Assembly (NCBI RefSeq): GCF_000002075.1
Contig: NW_004797319.1
Span: forward strand, 1,028,714 to 1,092,713
Direction: 5' to 3'
Length of the DNA stretch: 64,000 nucleotides
Source of the DNA: Aplysia californica
Lineage: Eukaryota
Shown here: positions 50,867 to 63,006 of the stretch, in pieces
How the letters are laid out: each line of letters opens with the position of its first letter
Position numbering within the stretch: the stretch's first letter is position 1
Notes under the pieces: model-generated
The model's database searches: none
What the model saw: the letters and a program-made list of their open reading frames with translations, nothing else
What the model was told of the DNA's origin: nothing
Made by a program: the position numbers and the translations under genes

Positions 50867-51694
50867 CTAGTCTTTCTTCTCTTCCGTCTCCGCTATAAGA
50901 AAGGTCTCTTCAGTTCCCTGCTTTCCCCCTTGATCCAAGCCAGGTCTTCCAGACGTCTCTTCCTTCTCCTGCTGGGAGATAAGAGTACTGTCATCACGTT
51001 TTTGTTCCTCTTTTTCCTCTACTGGTTCCTTTACACTTACTGTCTTATCTGTCTCGGAGGCTATACCTATCCCCTCTGCCTCCAACCTTCCTCCCACATC
51101 TTTACCATTAGCCTTCAAGGATCCGAGCTCTTTAACAGCAGCATTTAATTCCTTTCCTCTCTCGCTGGGGCTGTTGTCCTGAGACACTTCCTTGGCTGCT
51201 CTCTCTGTCTCATGATTCATGTCGCTACTACTTATCGCCTTGTCCAATTCACTCAAATTTACCACCGAATCGCTCAGATGGCGTCCTTCGTCAGTCTCGC
51301 CAGTTCCGTTGGTCCTATCAGATGTCTTGAGGGCTGTTTTTTCAGCTGCTCCCGAAAGAATGGACTCCTTGCCGAGACCCTTGGGTTCTTGTCCCAGGTC
51401 GGGATGAGAGAAGGCTTTCCCTTGACCTGCAATACTTACACTGTCTCCTGCGCCACCACTCGCACCCAGGACTGCACCCGCCAAATCCTTAACCCCCTCC
51501 TCATTCCCCCCACTTTTACTGCTCCCCTTCAGACTGCTGCGGCCGCTGTTACCACTGCTCTGACTGCTCCCTGCAGCTTGTTGGCCTTTCTTTTGACCGG
51601 CGGAGGCCTCGCTGCTACTTCCTTTGACCACTTGCTGCTGAAGCTTTCGTTGCTGCTGCTGTAGTTGCTGCTCTGTAACCGCTTTCAGAGATGC
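50867..51694 (-). CDS. C2H2 zinc-finger protein, probable terminal coding exon (low complexity, Q/S/G/E-rich)
   Basis: tttttag|GCA TCT CTG is in frame with ORF 50867..51631. 275 codons from ASLKAVTEQQLQQQQ to EEKKD-stop, with coding-like GC content. Confidence 0.8.
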   Translation of the reverse strand, partial: ASLKAVTEQQLQQQQRKLQQQVVKGSSSEASAGQKKGQQAAGSSQSSGNSGRSSLKGSSKSGGNEEGVKDLAGAVLGASGGAGDSVSIAGQGKAFSHPDLGQEPKGLGKESILSGAAEKTALKTSDRTNGTGETDEGRHLSDSVVNLSELDKAISSSDMNHETERAAKEVSQDNSPSERGKELNAAVKELGSLKANGKDVGGRLEAEGIGIASETDKTVSVKEPVEEKEEQKRDDSTLISQQEKEETSGRPGLDQGGKQGTEETFLIAETEEKKD

Positions 51695-52823
51695 CTAAAA
51701 ATAAAACAAATTAACCTTTAAAACCCGAGGGGGTTTTTTTTTCATACCTCCCTAGAATCCTGAATTAAAATGAAGGTAATAGAAAAAATCAGGTTGTCTG
51801 AGGTTTCAATAATTTCTCTTCTTTAGTATTTTGTCACGGTGATGAAAATAAAAAAGAGAAGACAGACCACTGGACACATTGAGCCAAGTCCTTCCCAAGT
51901 TGAATAAATTCTTATTCTGGATAAACAGTGGAGTCCGCTTAAACCAAAAATGGTTAATCAGTAAAATAGTAGCCGGTCTAATTCCCAAAAAAGCAAAATC
52001 CCCATTTTTTTTTCTTCTTGGACTTTGTAAGAAGCTAACGATTTGCAAAAATGCTCTTCTTTTCTAAACTGAAAGCATTTCAAAGGGTAAATTGTCAAAA
52101 TTTTCACCAGTGACCTTTCAAGTAATGCAAAACGTAAGGGTTTACCCACTTCAAGATAGCAAAACAGAAGAAAAAGAGACTCCGCCAACAACTTGGATCT
52201 ATACAAACTTTGTAACAAAGTCACATATATAACAATTTGTATTTGGCTAAACATAACATCTATACTTCTTGTTTAGTTGTGCCTTTCCTATCATAATAGA
52301 GACCCACCTCAAAGTGGTTCCCCACTAAGTGCTGCAGTTCATGATTCACCAATTTCTCCGAGCTGGCAAATTCTCGTTCACAATACTGGCAGATGAACAT
52401 CAGAGGGACTGTATCAGAGCCCTAGGGATAAAATGAACTTTAGTAAAAAGCAAACAAAAAGATGTGTTTGGTGCAATCTTATGACAAAAAAACTACACGA
52501 AAGGATTTTTCTTCCCCTTCTGCAATTGTCCCCTGCCAGATCTCAGAGGCAGTGAACAGGAAGCTTTTCAACACAAAATTCAAAGGGAAACTGACTTTTC
52601 AGTAGAAGGCCTATTTTCTGAGATGCATGGAATATCCACCAGCAGCCATAAACAGTATCTGAAGATTCCCTCCGCAGAGTATATTTACAGTGCTTGTTTG
52701 TGTGAGACTGGAACAGATTTTTAATGGAACTGGGTGACTTATAAGTTACTCCTCTCCAGGAAAACATTGTTAGCAACAAGATTTTTTAAAATCACTTTTT
52801 GACCTCTTTATGAAATACCGCCT

Positions 52824-53973
52824 CCCAAAGTCCCACCCTTTGTTCCTGTAAGGGTAGGTGGAAACAGGACAAAATAGGGGATAGCTGTCTGGGTGAAGTA
52901 CCGTGTGACTTTATCAAGGCCGACCTGGGTCACCCCAAAACGTTGCTGGCTAAATGGGCTCTGGTGAAACCGTAACTGGCCCAGAAAGCCGGTGGCGGAC
53001 AAATCATGCTACGAGAAGAACAAAGAAGAATACACGCACTGATTCAAACCTATAACGCAAGACGCAAACCAAAGCCCAGAAGGCTTAAATGAACTTCTAT
53101 TCGCAGACGACCAATGTCTTATTCATCCAAACCAACAAAGCCTCCAAAATCACACTACCGAACTGAACAACAGCTGCGAGAAATTTAACAAGAAAATTAG
53201 CACATCAAAAACCGAGGTTATGAAAGTGAGCCAAAACCATAGTCCCCTGAACATCCATGTCAATAGCAAACAACTGAAACTGGTGAAGGAGTTTAAATAT
53301 CTTGGCAGCCATTTTTCTGAAAACAGGTCTATAGATAGAGAAATAGAAATTATGCGAACTCAAAAAGCCAATGCTGTCACCTACAAGCTTGCACCCCTCC
53401 TATCTCATCCAAACATCTCCATGGACACGAAGAGACAGCTCATCACTCCAATATTCATACCAACATTATGCTACCAGTGCCAGACCTAGACACTAAGTAA
53501 AACCCATGAAAGAAAAATCACTGCATGCAAAATGAAATGTCTCCGCAAAACCACACAAGATGAGACAGGCAGAGAAATGAAGAAGTAAGAGCAGCTATTG
53601 GCACTGAGTCATACTTGCATTTCATAAAAAGACAGAAAATAAAATGGTTTGGCCACCTGTTACATATGTCACCTGGCAAGCCAGCCTCTAGAGCCTTCAA
53701 CATCATGCACTCAGGCTATAAAGGAAGAGGAAGGCCATGCAAAAGGTGGATTGAGGGTGTTGAGGAAACCCTGAGAAAACATAATATCACAACAGAAAGA
53801 GCTGCGGAGCTGGCCTACCATAGAAAACTGCATCTCCCCTTGACGCTTAACGGCTACAGAGGATGAAAAAGTAAGAGTAAGTAAGTAAAGTTGCGGAGCT
53901 GGCCTACCATAGAAAACTGCATCTCCCCTCGACGCTTAACGGCTACAGAGGATGTAAGAGTAAGTAAGTAAAG
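52824..53973 (+). mobile_element. RTE-clade LINE derivative with duplicated 3' end
   Basis: Reads ELLFADDQ, EFKYLGS and KWFGHL...GRGRPCKRW, with (TAAG)n tails. 15-bp TSD tatgaaataccgcct / tatgaaatatcacct at 52809-52823 and 53974-53988. Confidence 0.88.
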
Positions 53974-54269
53974 TATGAAATATCACCTTTACTACACTAC
54001 ATCTTGTGTGAAAATCCTGAGTATGAAAGATTTTTTTTTAAAGTCTAGGATTGGCAGTTAGCTAAGGTGTGCTGAATTTTACATTCAGTACACTCATTTT
54101 GATCAAGACTTTTTGTATTTCTTGATTTCCTTTAAGTGTGCACTCCTTGCTATGTGTATCATGTATCATTCTTGAATTATTGATAAGTTTAGCAGTGCAG
54201 GATAGATACTTAATTTGTCACTCAATAAAAAGCAACTCATTAAAAAATATTTTTTTTGGTAAGTGTTTT

Positions 54270-54420
54270 ACTGCGGTCGCAACAGCATAAGGTCATATGA
54301 GCGTGCGAGACACATTAAATTTTTTCAGTTGGTAGGAAACTTTGAATTTTGCCCGGGTGGCTGCCGAAGCCGATTCTTATTGATTTTAGACCACCAAGGG
54401 ATCTTTAACGTGCGCAGTTT
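54270..54420 (-). mobile_element. 3' fragment of the Deu/Nin-domain SINE
   Basis: Collinear with 62520-62670. Confidence 0.7.
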
Positions 54421-54497
54421 CACAATAAAAGGTAAAAAAAACATTCTCCTCGGCTAAGTCTTTCAACAATCAAGTTTCCATATATTCACAGACTCAC

Positions 54498-54617
54498 CTG
54501 GACATTTTCCTTGCCCTCAGTTCTCTCCTCTTTGTTTCCTGATTTGTCAACAGCCAAAGCAGACCCATTCTTACTCTTGTCTTTCTTTTTAGACTGGTTC
54601 TGATACTCATGTGCAAC
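54498..54617 (-). CDS. C2H2 zinc-finger protein exon (Lys-rich)
   Basis: ctacag|GTT...CAG|gtgagt, 120 nt, open, phase 0-0. Reads VAHEYQNQSKKKDKSKNG...KENVQ. Confidence 0.82.
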
Positions 54618-55065
54618 CTGTAGCAGAGACACATAGACATGAAACTTTGAGGAACATCGACATCATCCAGTCTTCAGAGACCAACTAGTAATTCTCATTC
54701 AGTTTCCATTAAAAAATGTTAGGCCACATAAGACTAAAAGACGCATTAACTGAAACAAAAACCAACGTTTCTCTTACTGTCTAATTCTATGTGGCATTAA
54801 GTTCGAGGTGAGCCCTAGTACAACAAAGTAAAGATGAATTTGACACCTAGTTTTTACCCTTTTTCTTTTTAAAGTTTTTCTATAGTTTCACTTTGCTACA
54901 AATGCTATATTTTATTCCAAACTGCACAGACAAAAAAGAGAATCCATAATTGACCCAAAGGTTTAATTATTCAAGCCCATTAGTGTAATGGTGCAGTGGA
55001 ATCAGGCCCTCGTCAAATTTTGGGCATACGGAGTTATTGGCATTATCTTAAAGCTTGTTCATCGT

Positions 55066-55552
55066 CAGGGATCACAGTGAAATTTTTCGCCAACCCCTGA
55101 ACATCGACTGTCGACCAGATAGACTTCCGTAAATAATTGTGCAACCCCCCCACATCAGTATAAAAAATGCAAAATAAACCAGAATATCTTTTGTACGACG
55201 TTGTGAACAAAGAACTGTCTTCAAAATGCAAACTGAAGACAGAAGATTGAAAGATGAGGGGAAAGGTCAGTTCCAGTTCACCTCCAATCAAAGGAGAGTG
55301 CATGCTTTTTATATTGTTTCGAGATTTTTTTTTTCCGCCGAGCCATCTCACTCGCATCCGGTCTATGATAGGCTGAGCTTAGTCAAATCCGCGGATCGCT
55401 TTAGGGTCGATCTCAGGCCACTCAAAGTCTACCGCGGCCTGACTTAAAGCCGGGGCAGAACGAATGACAGTGCAGTTAAGACCGCAGAGCGGATTTTGGG
55501 AAGTTCTTGCAACCGCAGAAAATCGCGGATCTGCGGAAAACTGTGATCCCCG
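55066..55552. mobile_element. hAT-like MITE nested in copy E
   Basis: CAGGGATCACAGT ... ACTGTGATCCCCG. TSD not resolved. Confidence 0.55.
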
Positions 55553-55772
55553 CGCCTTGTTTTTCCTGAAAAAAAATTCATCTATCTCGGAGAAAAGTTG
55601 ATACATTTGCGGTTGAAGCAGGTTGGGGTGGCATGATAACAGAAGTAAAATTAGCGAGAAACTAGCCATCAAAGTATGGTGATTCCCAAAGCTTGAGTGT
55701 CCTTGGAAACTGCAAAAAGTTACATTTTTTGTGCCTTTCACAAACGTTTTTCAGCAAAATCTACGCGTAAAT

Positions 55773-56449
55773 GAGTCCCGCCGCAGTGGAATCAGGCGCT
55801 CGTCAATTTTTTTACATATGGAGCTTTTGGTATCATCTTAAAGCTTGTTCATTTGTCTCATTTGAAAAGAAAAAAAATTATCCATATTTTGAACAGAAAT
55901 CGAGAAAGTTTGGACTGAAGGAGGTAGGAGTCACCCAGTTTTAGAGGTAAAATAAGAGAGAAAATGGCCGCCATAGTTTGGCGACTTTAAAAGCTTGAGA
56001 GTCCTTGGAAACTGTAAACATGTATTTTTGTGCCTTTAATTAACATTTTTCAGTAAAAGCCACACAGCAACTTGTTTTTAACCCTATCCGTACGCCCTGG
56101 GATCATTTTGTACCCCAGGGGTTGTATTCTTCACTTTTTAGAATACTTCTAGTGTGAAAATCTCTTTGAAACTTTCAGTATTTCTCAAAAAATCATTTTG
56201 ACAGACTGTTATGCAAAGCGTATGGATTGGATTAACGAGCAAATTTCCTCTTTGGAAAGTGGTGACACAGAGTTCCCCACGTGTATGGATACGATAGTAA
56301 AACACGACGTACCGATAGGGTTAAATGGACATAAAATGTGTTGAGTCCAAAAATGAAAATTCAACAAAAGTTGCCAAATAGGAAGAAAAATGCAATTTTC
56401 TTCAATTTCATTATTTTCAGGAGCGCCTGATTTCACCACGCTGCCTCAC
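55773..56449 (-). mobile_element. Sola1-like MITE copy C inserted into copy E
   Basis: AAAT TSD at 55769-55772 and 56450-56453. Confidence 0.75.
56082..56320. mobile_element. piggyBac-like MITE inside copy C
   Basis: TTAA-CCCTATCCGTACG ... CGTACCGATAGGG-TTAA. Confidence 0.85.
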
Positions 56450-57005
56450 AAATGTATTTTTTAATGAACATAAAAGGTGTTGAGCCATCAATAAAAAACC
56501 CAAAAAATTGATAACAACTGTTCAACAGGCAGAGTGCCGGTTTCTTCGATTTCATTATTTTGTCGAGCACCTGACTTCACTGCAATGCCACATATTTATT
56601 TTCCCTCTTACTTCCTTCACTAACATTTCCCCCCTCCCCTCCCCACCCCAACCCATAGTTTGGCAATGGGACTCATTTGTTTTGTTTGTTTGATCAAAGA
56701 GAAGCACACTAATATGCAAGAAAATCAGTTACTGCTAGGGAAAAAGCAAGAAAAACAAAAACAAAAGAGAGAACAGTGTAAAAGTTGGGACTTCCAGTGG
56801 TGAACTCCAACCAAACTTCCTGACTGCTGCAACAGACCTGTGAACAGCACAGCACTCTGAGGGGCCAATGGGCCAGAACCTTTGATCTGCTCGATTAACA
56901 GCAACAGACTTCAACCAAAAGTCCCATAGGCATATTATATCTCAAAGGTACCCTGTATGCCTGCATAGGATTTTCATAAAAAGCAGACAGTACTTTTAAA
57001 CAAAT

Positions 57006-57437
57006 GTGTCACTATGTGGTGGAATCAGGCACTCATCAATTTTTGGGCATGTGGAATTATTGGGCCATCTTAAAGCTTGTTCATTTGTCTATTTTTCACT
57101 GAAAAAAATACTCATCCATCTTTAACGGAAGTCAAAACATTTGTGATTGAATGAAATAAGGACCCCTGATTTCCAAGGAAAAATAAGCAAGAAAATAGCT
57201 GCCAAAGCTTGGTATCTTTAAATGCTTAAGGGTCCTTGGAAACTGAAAATTTACATTTTTTTAGCTTTAATCACCGTTTTTCAGGAAAATCCACATAGAA
57301 ATATATTTTTTAATGGACATAAAAGCTGCCGAGCTAAAAAAAAAAATTCGATAAAAATTGTCAAACCCACAGAAACATGCCAGTATCTTAAGATTTCACC
57401 ATTTTGACGAGAGCCTGATTTCACCATGATGCCTCAC
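57006..57437 (-). mobile_element. Sola1-like MITE copy D (uninterrupted)
   Basis: aaat|GTGTCA ... CCTCAC|aaat, a 4-bp AWWT TSD. Confidence 0.75.
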
Positions 57438-57557
57438 AAATGAGAATGTTTTTTCAGGTAATAATCTAAATGTTTAAAGCCAAAAACTATATTCACTACA
57501 GGTTTTAATGTCACTACAGCACACAGCAGGACATTAAAAAATTCCCAAACTTCCCAC

Positions 57558-57699
57558 CTTCAGAGCCTCCAGCAGATCCAGAGACTGGGCCCCAGCATGG
57601 GTTTCTCCCAGACCCGTTTCCAACAACCAATCAGACAGTTCAGGCAGCGGGCAAAAGTGGACTCGGATGTGCTGCGTGAGAAGTGCCTGCTTGGGGGCA
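57558..57699 (-). CDS. C2H2 zinc-finger protein exon
   Basis: tttcag|T GCC...AAG|gtggga reads APKQALLTQHIRVHFCPLPELSDW...LEALK, completing the finger CPYCDYSAPKQALLTQHIRVH. Confidence 0.9.
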
Positions 57700-58434
57700 C
57701 TGAAATTTATGAGAGTCTGATGAGCATGGTGCAATAAAGGGACCCACATTAGCTTTTTGAAGATAAGGAGAGAGGAAAGAGAAGATGCCTACAGGAACGT
57801 TCTGAAACTTCATGGACTGTATGTGGGAAAAAAAACATTCCAAATTCTAATTGAGAATTCGATACTGCAAGCACGGTTATGTAAGAAAATAAAGCAAAGG
57901 TTAATTGTGAAGCTACAGCGTGATTCCATGGAAAGAGAGAATAATACATTATAGAAGGACACGTTGTACATGTCACATTATCCACAGTCAAATGACAGTG
58001 GATGAGACCTGCATTCAAAGCTAGTAGGCGAACCCAAAGACTTTTTAAAACCAAATACCCAACAGTGAATGGTAGAAAATCTACTGTAACCATCTCTCAA
58101 AATAAATGAAAGGAGGAAAAAAACATAAAACATAACATGGTGACTTCGTGGGCAACAAAAAAGCCTCTTGTGACCCACCTGTTAAGAAATCTCAGCCTAG
58201 CCTCTGCTTAGGTGACAAAATGACAAATTAATTTTGAAAGTTTGAACCACAGCTAAGAAAAGAAAGATTACTTGACCAGTTAATGATGTTTTGAATACAG
58301 AACTCAAACAAGTCAATACCCTAAAAGGCTAGAAACAAAGAAGTGTGAGCCCAAATTGACATTAATGGACAAAAAGTAATAACAATAAACTCCAACCTGG
58401 TAGCACAGTCTCTACAGGTAGAGTTATCTATACT

Positions 58435-59486
58435 CAGTGCTTCCACCAGCTGAAGCTGAAAAGTAAAGAAAATTTTGCCGGGGGTCTGGGAGCCGTACAG
58501 GCCCCCAGCAGGGTCCAGGGACAGCGTCCAGTTGGGGGTTCAGGGGCCAAAGCCCCCTAACAAATTTTAATTTAGTGTTTTTAGAGGGTTAAAAATGGCA
58601 TTTGGGAGCCTGTTTGAAGAGATTACCAACAACTCATACAACCTATTTTTTTTCACCAAGATTTTGTCTTGTTTGATTTCTTCACCTACATATCTTTCAA
58701 TTGCTGGCAATGTTTAAAAGCAGGTTCCCCTTCCATTGCTACTGTAATTCAATTAATTTGTTATCGCACCATTGATAGAAGACAAACCTGAGAATAATGA
58801 AATGATATGTACCTTCACAATACAGTTACCCAGCGTATACCCTAATTTTCCACAATTTTCACTTATAAATGTCACATGTCACAACCTCGGAACACCACTT
58901 CGAATTATTCTTAATTTTAGCAATTTTAGCACAAATTTTTTTCATCGCGGCCGTTATCGCGTTCCCGTGCCGTAGAATCTTCGAACCGATAATTTCTCTA
59001 GATCTAGACAATAAATTAGCAACAAACTTTCTGACAGTAATTTTCTGTCTAAGATCACAAGTCAATATACTTGATCCACTCGTAGATTTTCCAGCCGCAG
59101 CAACAATCCGCCGAAGATAGACAGACGGAATGAGGGAATGATAGACAGGAGGAAAGTGATACAAAAAGTTTGCCAGATTTTGATCAAAATGTACGCCGAC
59201 CAACCCGCACTGAATGCATGGGGCATAGTGGAATAATGGCCGATGGCAGGAAATGTGCAATCCTGCAGGTTTCTATAACATTATTTTATTGCCGTGAGAA
59301 TTACTGTAAATATCCGTAACTTATAAAAGACGATACGAAGGCGAGTACGGATCTTTTGCTACGGAATTTCGGTAGTCCTACGCAGTCGCAGATTTTTACA
59401 GAGGGAGTTGATAATGATGGAGGAACAACTACGGAACCGGCAGAAAGTACGGATTTCCGTAAAAATACGGAAGAGTGGAAGCACTG
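58435..59486. mobile_element. hAT6-like non-autonomous element
   Basis: TIR CAGTGCTTCCAC with perfect 6-bp TSD tatact at 58429-58434 and 59487-59492. Confidence 0.8.
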
Positions 59487-59628
59487 TATACTAACAGCTG
59501 TTATTACAAACTTACCCTCACCTAATCATTTATTGAACTGTGACACTGCAAAAGACAGCCATAGTGATCCCCCTTAAAAACTTTTAGGGTTTGAAATAAA
59601 CAACAAAACACCAGCCCCCCCACCTCAC

Positions 59629-59766
59629 CTGTAGTCACAATAAGGACACACCAAAGAGCTAGACACCATGTGAAATTTGAGGTGGGACAGCAGGTAGTCC
59701 CGACGTATGTTGGCATACGGGCAGCGGTCACACCTGTACAGTTTCTTCGGTTCTGCATCCATAATA
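59629..59766 (-). CDS. C2H2 zinc-finger protein exon
   Basis: ttacag|T...TAC AG|gtgagg reads IMDAEPKKLYRCDRCPYANIRRDYLLSHLKFHMVSSSLVCPYCDY(S): one complete C2H2 finger plus the CxxC of the next. Confidence 0.92.
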
Positions 59767-60307
59767 CTGTAAAACATTATCAAACAAGAGTTCACATCTT
59801 GAGATCAACAGAATTTTTCCTTCTTTGTCAAAAAACCTAAGGAATTTTTACGCTTATATAGAAAAAGGTAAAAAAGGCTTCTTTTTTTTTTAAGTCATAG
59901 GTAATTCTTCAATCACAAACAAGCAAATAAAAAATCCCAAAGGCATATCCATGCAAAGCTGTTAAAGGAGACATGAGTTAGAGACAGTTCATAGTTTTGA
60001 AAAGCTACTGATAAGTACATAATGATTCAAACATGAATACATCTAACTCAAAAACAGAAAACAGCTGTACGAAAAATCTTTTTTTTTTTAAACAGCTACT
60101 GTCTCCAATCCTAGACTACATAGCTAGTGTCATTGGATGACACATGCACTGCAGAGTTTCATCTACAATTAGTGATACCAGTCAGATAAGTCAGACCCAG
60201 CATAGAGAGTAAATCAAACCTATGACCTTTAAATCATGCTCCAAAGCCTAACGATAAGGCCCCCAACACCACTGAATAGCACACAGGAATTCAATGTCAC
60301 ATGATCA

Positions 60308-61317
60308 CAGACCTGCCACTCTATGAAATCTGAAAATCAGGATCTCAGAGAAAAAAAATAAGGACCTGATGAAAATAATCAGGATCAACGGCAAATCAGT
60401 CATAAAGGGCATGGGGTGGGGGGTGTCTCGGTTCCCTTTTGTAAGGCAACCATGCAAGACAAAACTTTTTCTGGAATAAGTTCAGATTTGGGTCCCAAGG
60501 AAAAGCAAAAAAATTAAAGAGAGGATGTACTCGAGTCAGATATACTGGGGAGCACAGGTTACAGAGATGCTGAAACTCTCGTAGTCTTGAAAATAGCTTA
60601 CACATAACTTTAATCACCCATGCAATAAGCCCGCCTTTTCACGTGGTGACAAGGTATGACTTCGATCGCGTACACACTCACGGCATCACCATCGCGCCAT
60701 TCTGCACAGACCTCAGCTCTAATCAAATCTAAAATCTAATTCCAAGATTCTTTTTTTTCTTCTTTCCTTGTTCCTTTATCCTGAATTGCTACATGTACTA
60801 CATCAAGCACTGCAAGCCCAAAAGTCTAACCCCCCGCCCAGGTAAGTCCCGAAAGATACTTCTACCGATGACACCAGTTGAACTTTGTTGAACCCGACAA
60901 CCGACAGTCCCGGACAATCAATGGTCCCCGACACACACGCTACTCACACAAGGCCATCACACAGGATGCGAACGCGGGTTTGAAAGATTCCTTGACAGGT
61001 CTTGATGACAGGCCCAACCAACCACAACTTCGACGAGGCTTGCTTTTAAAGCAATGGCAGAACAACAAATAATAATGATTACTTGATGATCTATGTAATA
61101 ATTGTAAGAAATCAGGCCATAAACCGGAGAATTCTGGGTAACAAAAGCGAAAGTAGATTTTGAGAGTATCCAAGTCAGAATTTCTAATCGATACTACTTC
61201 GATTTTACCAACAAAAGATAAGGCACAATTTTTTTTCTTCTACGAATCCAACGCAACGACAAAAAATTGGGATACACACAAACGAAATCGGGAAAATCGG
61301 GATGCGTGGCAGGTCTG
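60308..61317. mobile_element. hAT6-like non-autonomous element
   Basis: TIR CAGACCTGCCAC with flanks tgatca and tgaaca. Confidence 0.75.
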
Positions 61318-61792
61318 TGAACATAACACTATGTAAACTCTTATCCCTCTATTCCTCAGATTGCTACTTCATTCCAAATCTTCAACCTAAATGTTGAGCT
61401 ATGCCTCATCAAGTTAATTGAAATTTCAGTACACAATCAAAACCCTAAGAACATATGAGCCATGAAGCATCTACCACATTATAAACAAATATTAATACGA
61501 TAATAATAATAATAACAACAATAAAGATCACTACTCTAGTGCCCAGTCCCTTGTGGCTAAAGGTGCTTCACAATAAAATAAGATCTAAATTTTCATAATG
61601 AAAGGAAAACAAATGAAACCAGTAGTACAACTTGCTTCATGTTTAAATTCCTTGTGAAATGAAATGGTACCCCATAATTGCCTTCGTTTTTTCATTAATT
61701 CTGTATGTACACATAACAAAGCACAATACCTGAGTTTCGTTTTTGATTATTACAACTACTACCTTAATATGCAGGGACCTGAGCTAGCTTAC

Positions 61793-61974
61793 CCATTCTC
61801 ATACAGGCCAAGATGGTCGTGGACTACGCTTATAGTCACCGGACTGTGAGCGTCGGCCGGTGGTAAGGCAGAGGCCAGTGCTACGTCCGCTGGCACATCA
61901 CTTAGCTGCTGAAGGTTGTTGATAGACTGCGACAGCAACAGGTTTTGGTTGGGCATCAGATGGAGTTTGGTGTG
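61793..61974 (-). CDS. C2H2 zinc-finger protein, internal exon (gene starts beyond the window end)
   Basis: tggcag|CAC ACC AAA...AAT GG|gtaagc reads HTKLHLMPNQN...HDHLGLYEN(G). It begins with the HxxxH end of a finger, and its phase-2 end fits the next exon. Confidence 0.8.
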
Positions 61975-62516
61975 CTGCCAAATTGGGAAATGTGGAGGTG
62001 AAAAATAACTGATAATTTGTGGCATACCTTACTTGAAACTATGTCAATGTATTAGTCAAAACAGAAGATTTACAAAATATGTACCATTGATAAAGAAGGA
62101 AAATAAGAAAAATCTTCACCTTTGTGCAAGAAGCTACTACACCAGAATGACAAAAAAAAATTGCGAAGACCACGAAATTCCATTTCATCAGCTCTGTAAT
62201 GATGACACCATTCCACAAAGCGGTTTTGCAACGCTCATTAGGCCTCAAGTGTCTTCGTCAAAGTGTCTCCAGTCACACCTTGCAATAAAAATCACAAAGA
62301 GCCCAGATAGTTCACCTCAAGACCTCACTCGACAATATGTACCTCCTTCAACAGTTCATAAGGACAGAAAAGGGCATGGGCTGACATTTTTGTATTGCAT
62401 TAAAAATGGGCAGTCAAACTGACCTCAAAGAATCGACAAGGCCCACAGAAACATGAAAAATGAATTTTTATTTTTTCTTTAATTTAATTTTTAACATTTT
62501 TGGGGGGGGCAAGTGA

Positions 62517-63006
62517 TTTACGGCGCTCGCAACTGCATAAGGTCAAACAAGCACGCAGGACACATTAAACATTTTTAGTTGGTAGGAAATTTTGAATTCT
62601 GCCCAGGTGGCAGCCGAAGCCTACTCTTAACGATTTTGGACCACCAAAGGATCTTTAACGTGCGCAACTTGCTCATCGGACCTCAGAGTTTTTTTACCCT
62701 TATCCGAGAGGACTAGGTGTAGATCTTTCCTACCAGAAGATCAGGGGTGTGGCTGAAAGACAGCAGTAAGAAGGAGCCAATGAGTAACAGTAGAAAGGCT
62801 GCAGAAAGAGCCAGGAGCCCAGAGAAGGTGAGGGGGTGGGGGCAGAAAGTGGAGACGAAAGCAGACGACAGAACATTGCTGGAGAGCAGGAAAGGAGGTG
62901 AAAGGAGACAATTTAGAGATGAAAATTTTTCCGTCGCTACCCAGAATCGAACCCGGGACCTTTGAAAGAGAGGCGAACACCTAACCTATAGGCCACGAGA
63001 GCCCCC
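62517..63006 (-). mobile_element. tRNA-derived SINE with Deu/Nin-like central domain
   Basis: Minus-strand head ggggctctcgtggcctataggttagg...ggttcgattct (A and B boxes). Core ggat...gaggtcc...gcacgttaaagatcc...aagagtagg...cctgggcagaattc. Related fragments lie near 16580, 25140, 27110, 49735 and 54270. Confidence 0.78.

Larger units (their letters stand above)
54983..56593 (-). mobile_element. Sola1-like MITE copy E, host of nested insertions
   Basis: The family sequence resumes after each insertion and is collinear with 57006-57437 once the inserts are removed. Confidence 0.65.

Noticed and set aside
50822-51664. Plus-strand ORFs of 108-150 aa
   Set aside because: Antisense shadows of the zinc-finger terminal exon.
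57715-57745. CTGATGA-GCA-TGG-TGC hammerhead candidate
   Set aside because: Followed by AATA rather than GAAA. Other CTGATGA sites (17079, 45091, 60366) also fail.
62935-63006. tRNA gene
   Set aside because: A and B boxes are present, but the sequence continues into a SINE body and has no clean cloverleaf. The same applies at 29440-29512 and 49735-49800.
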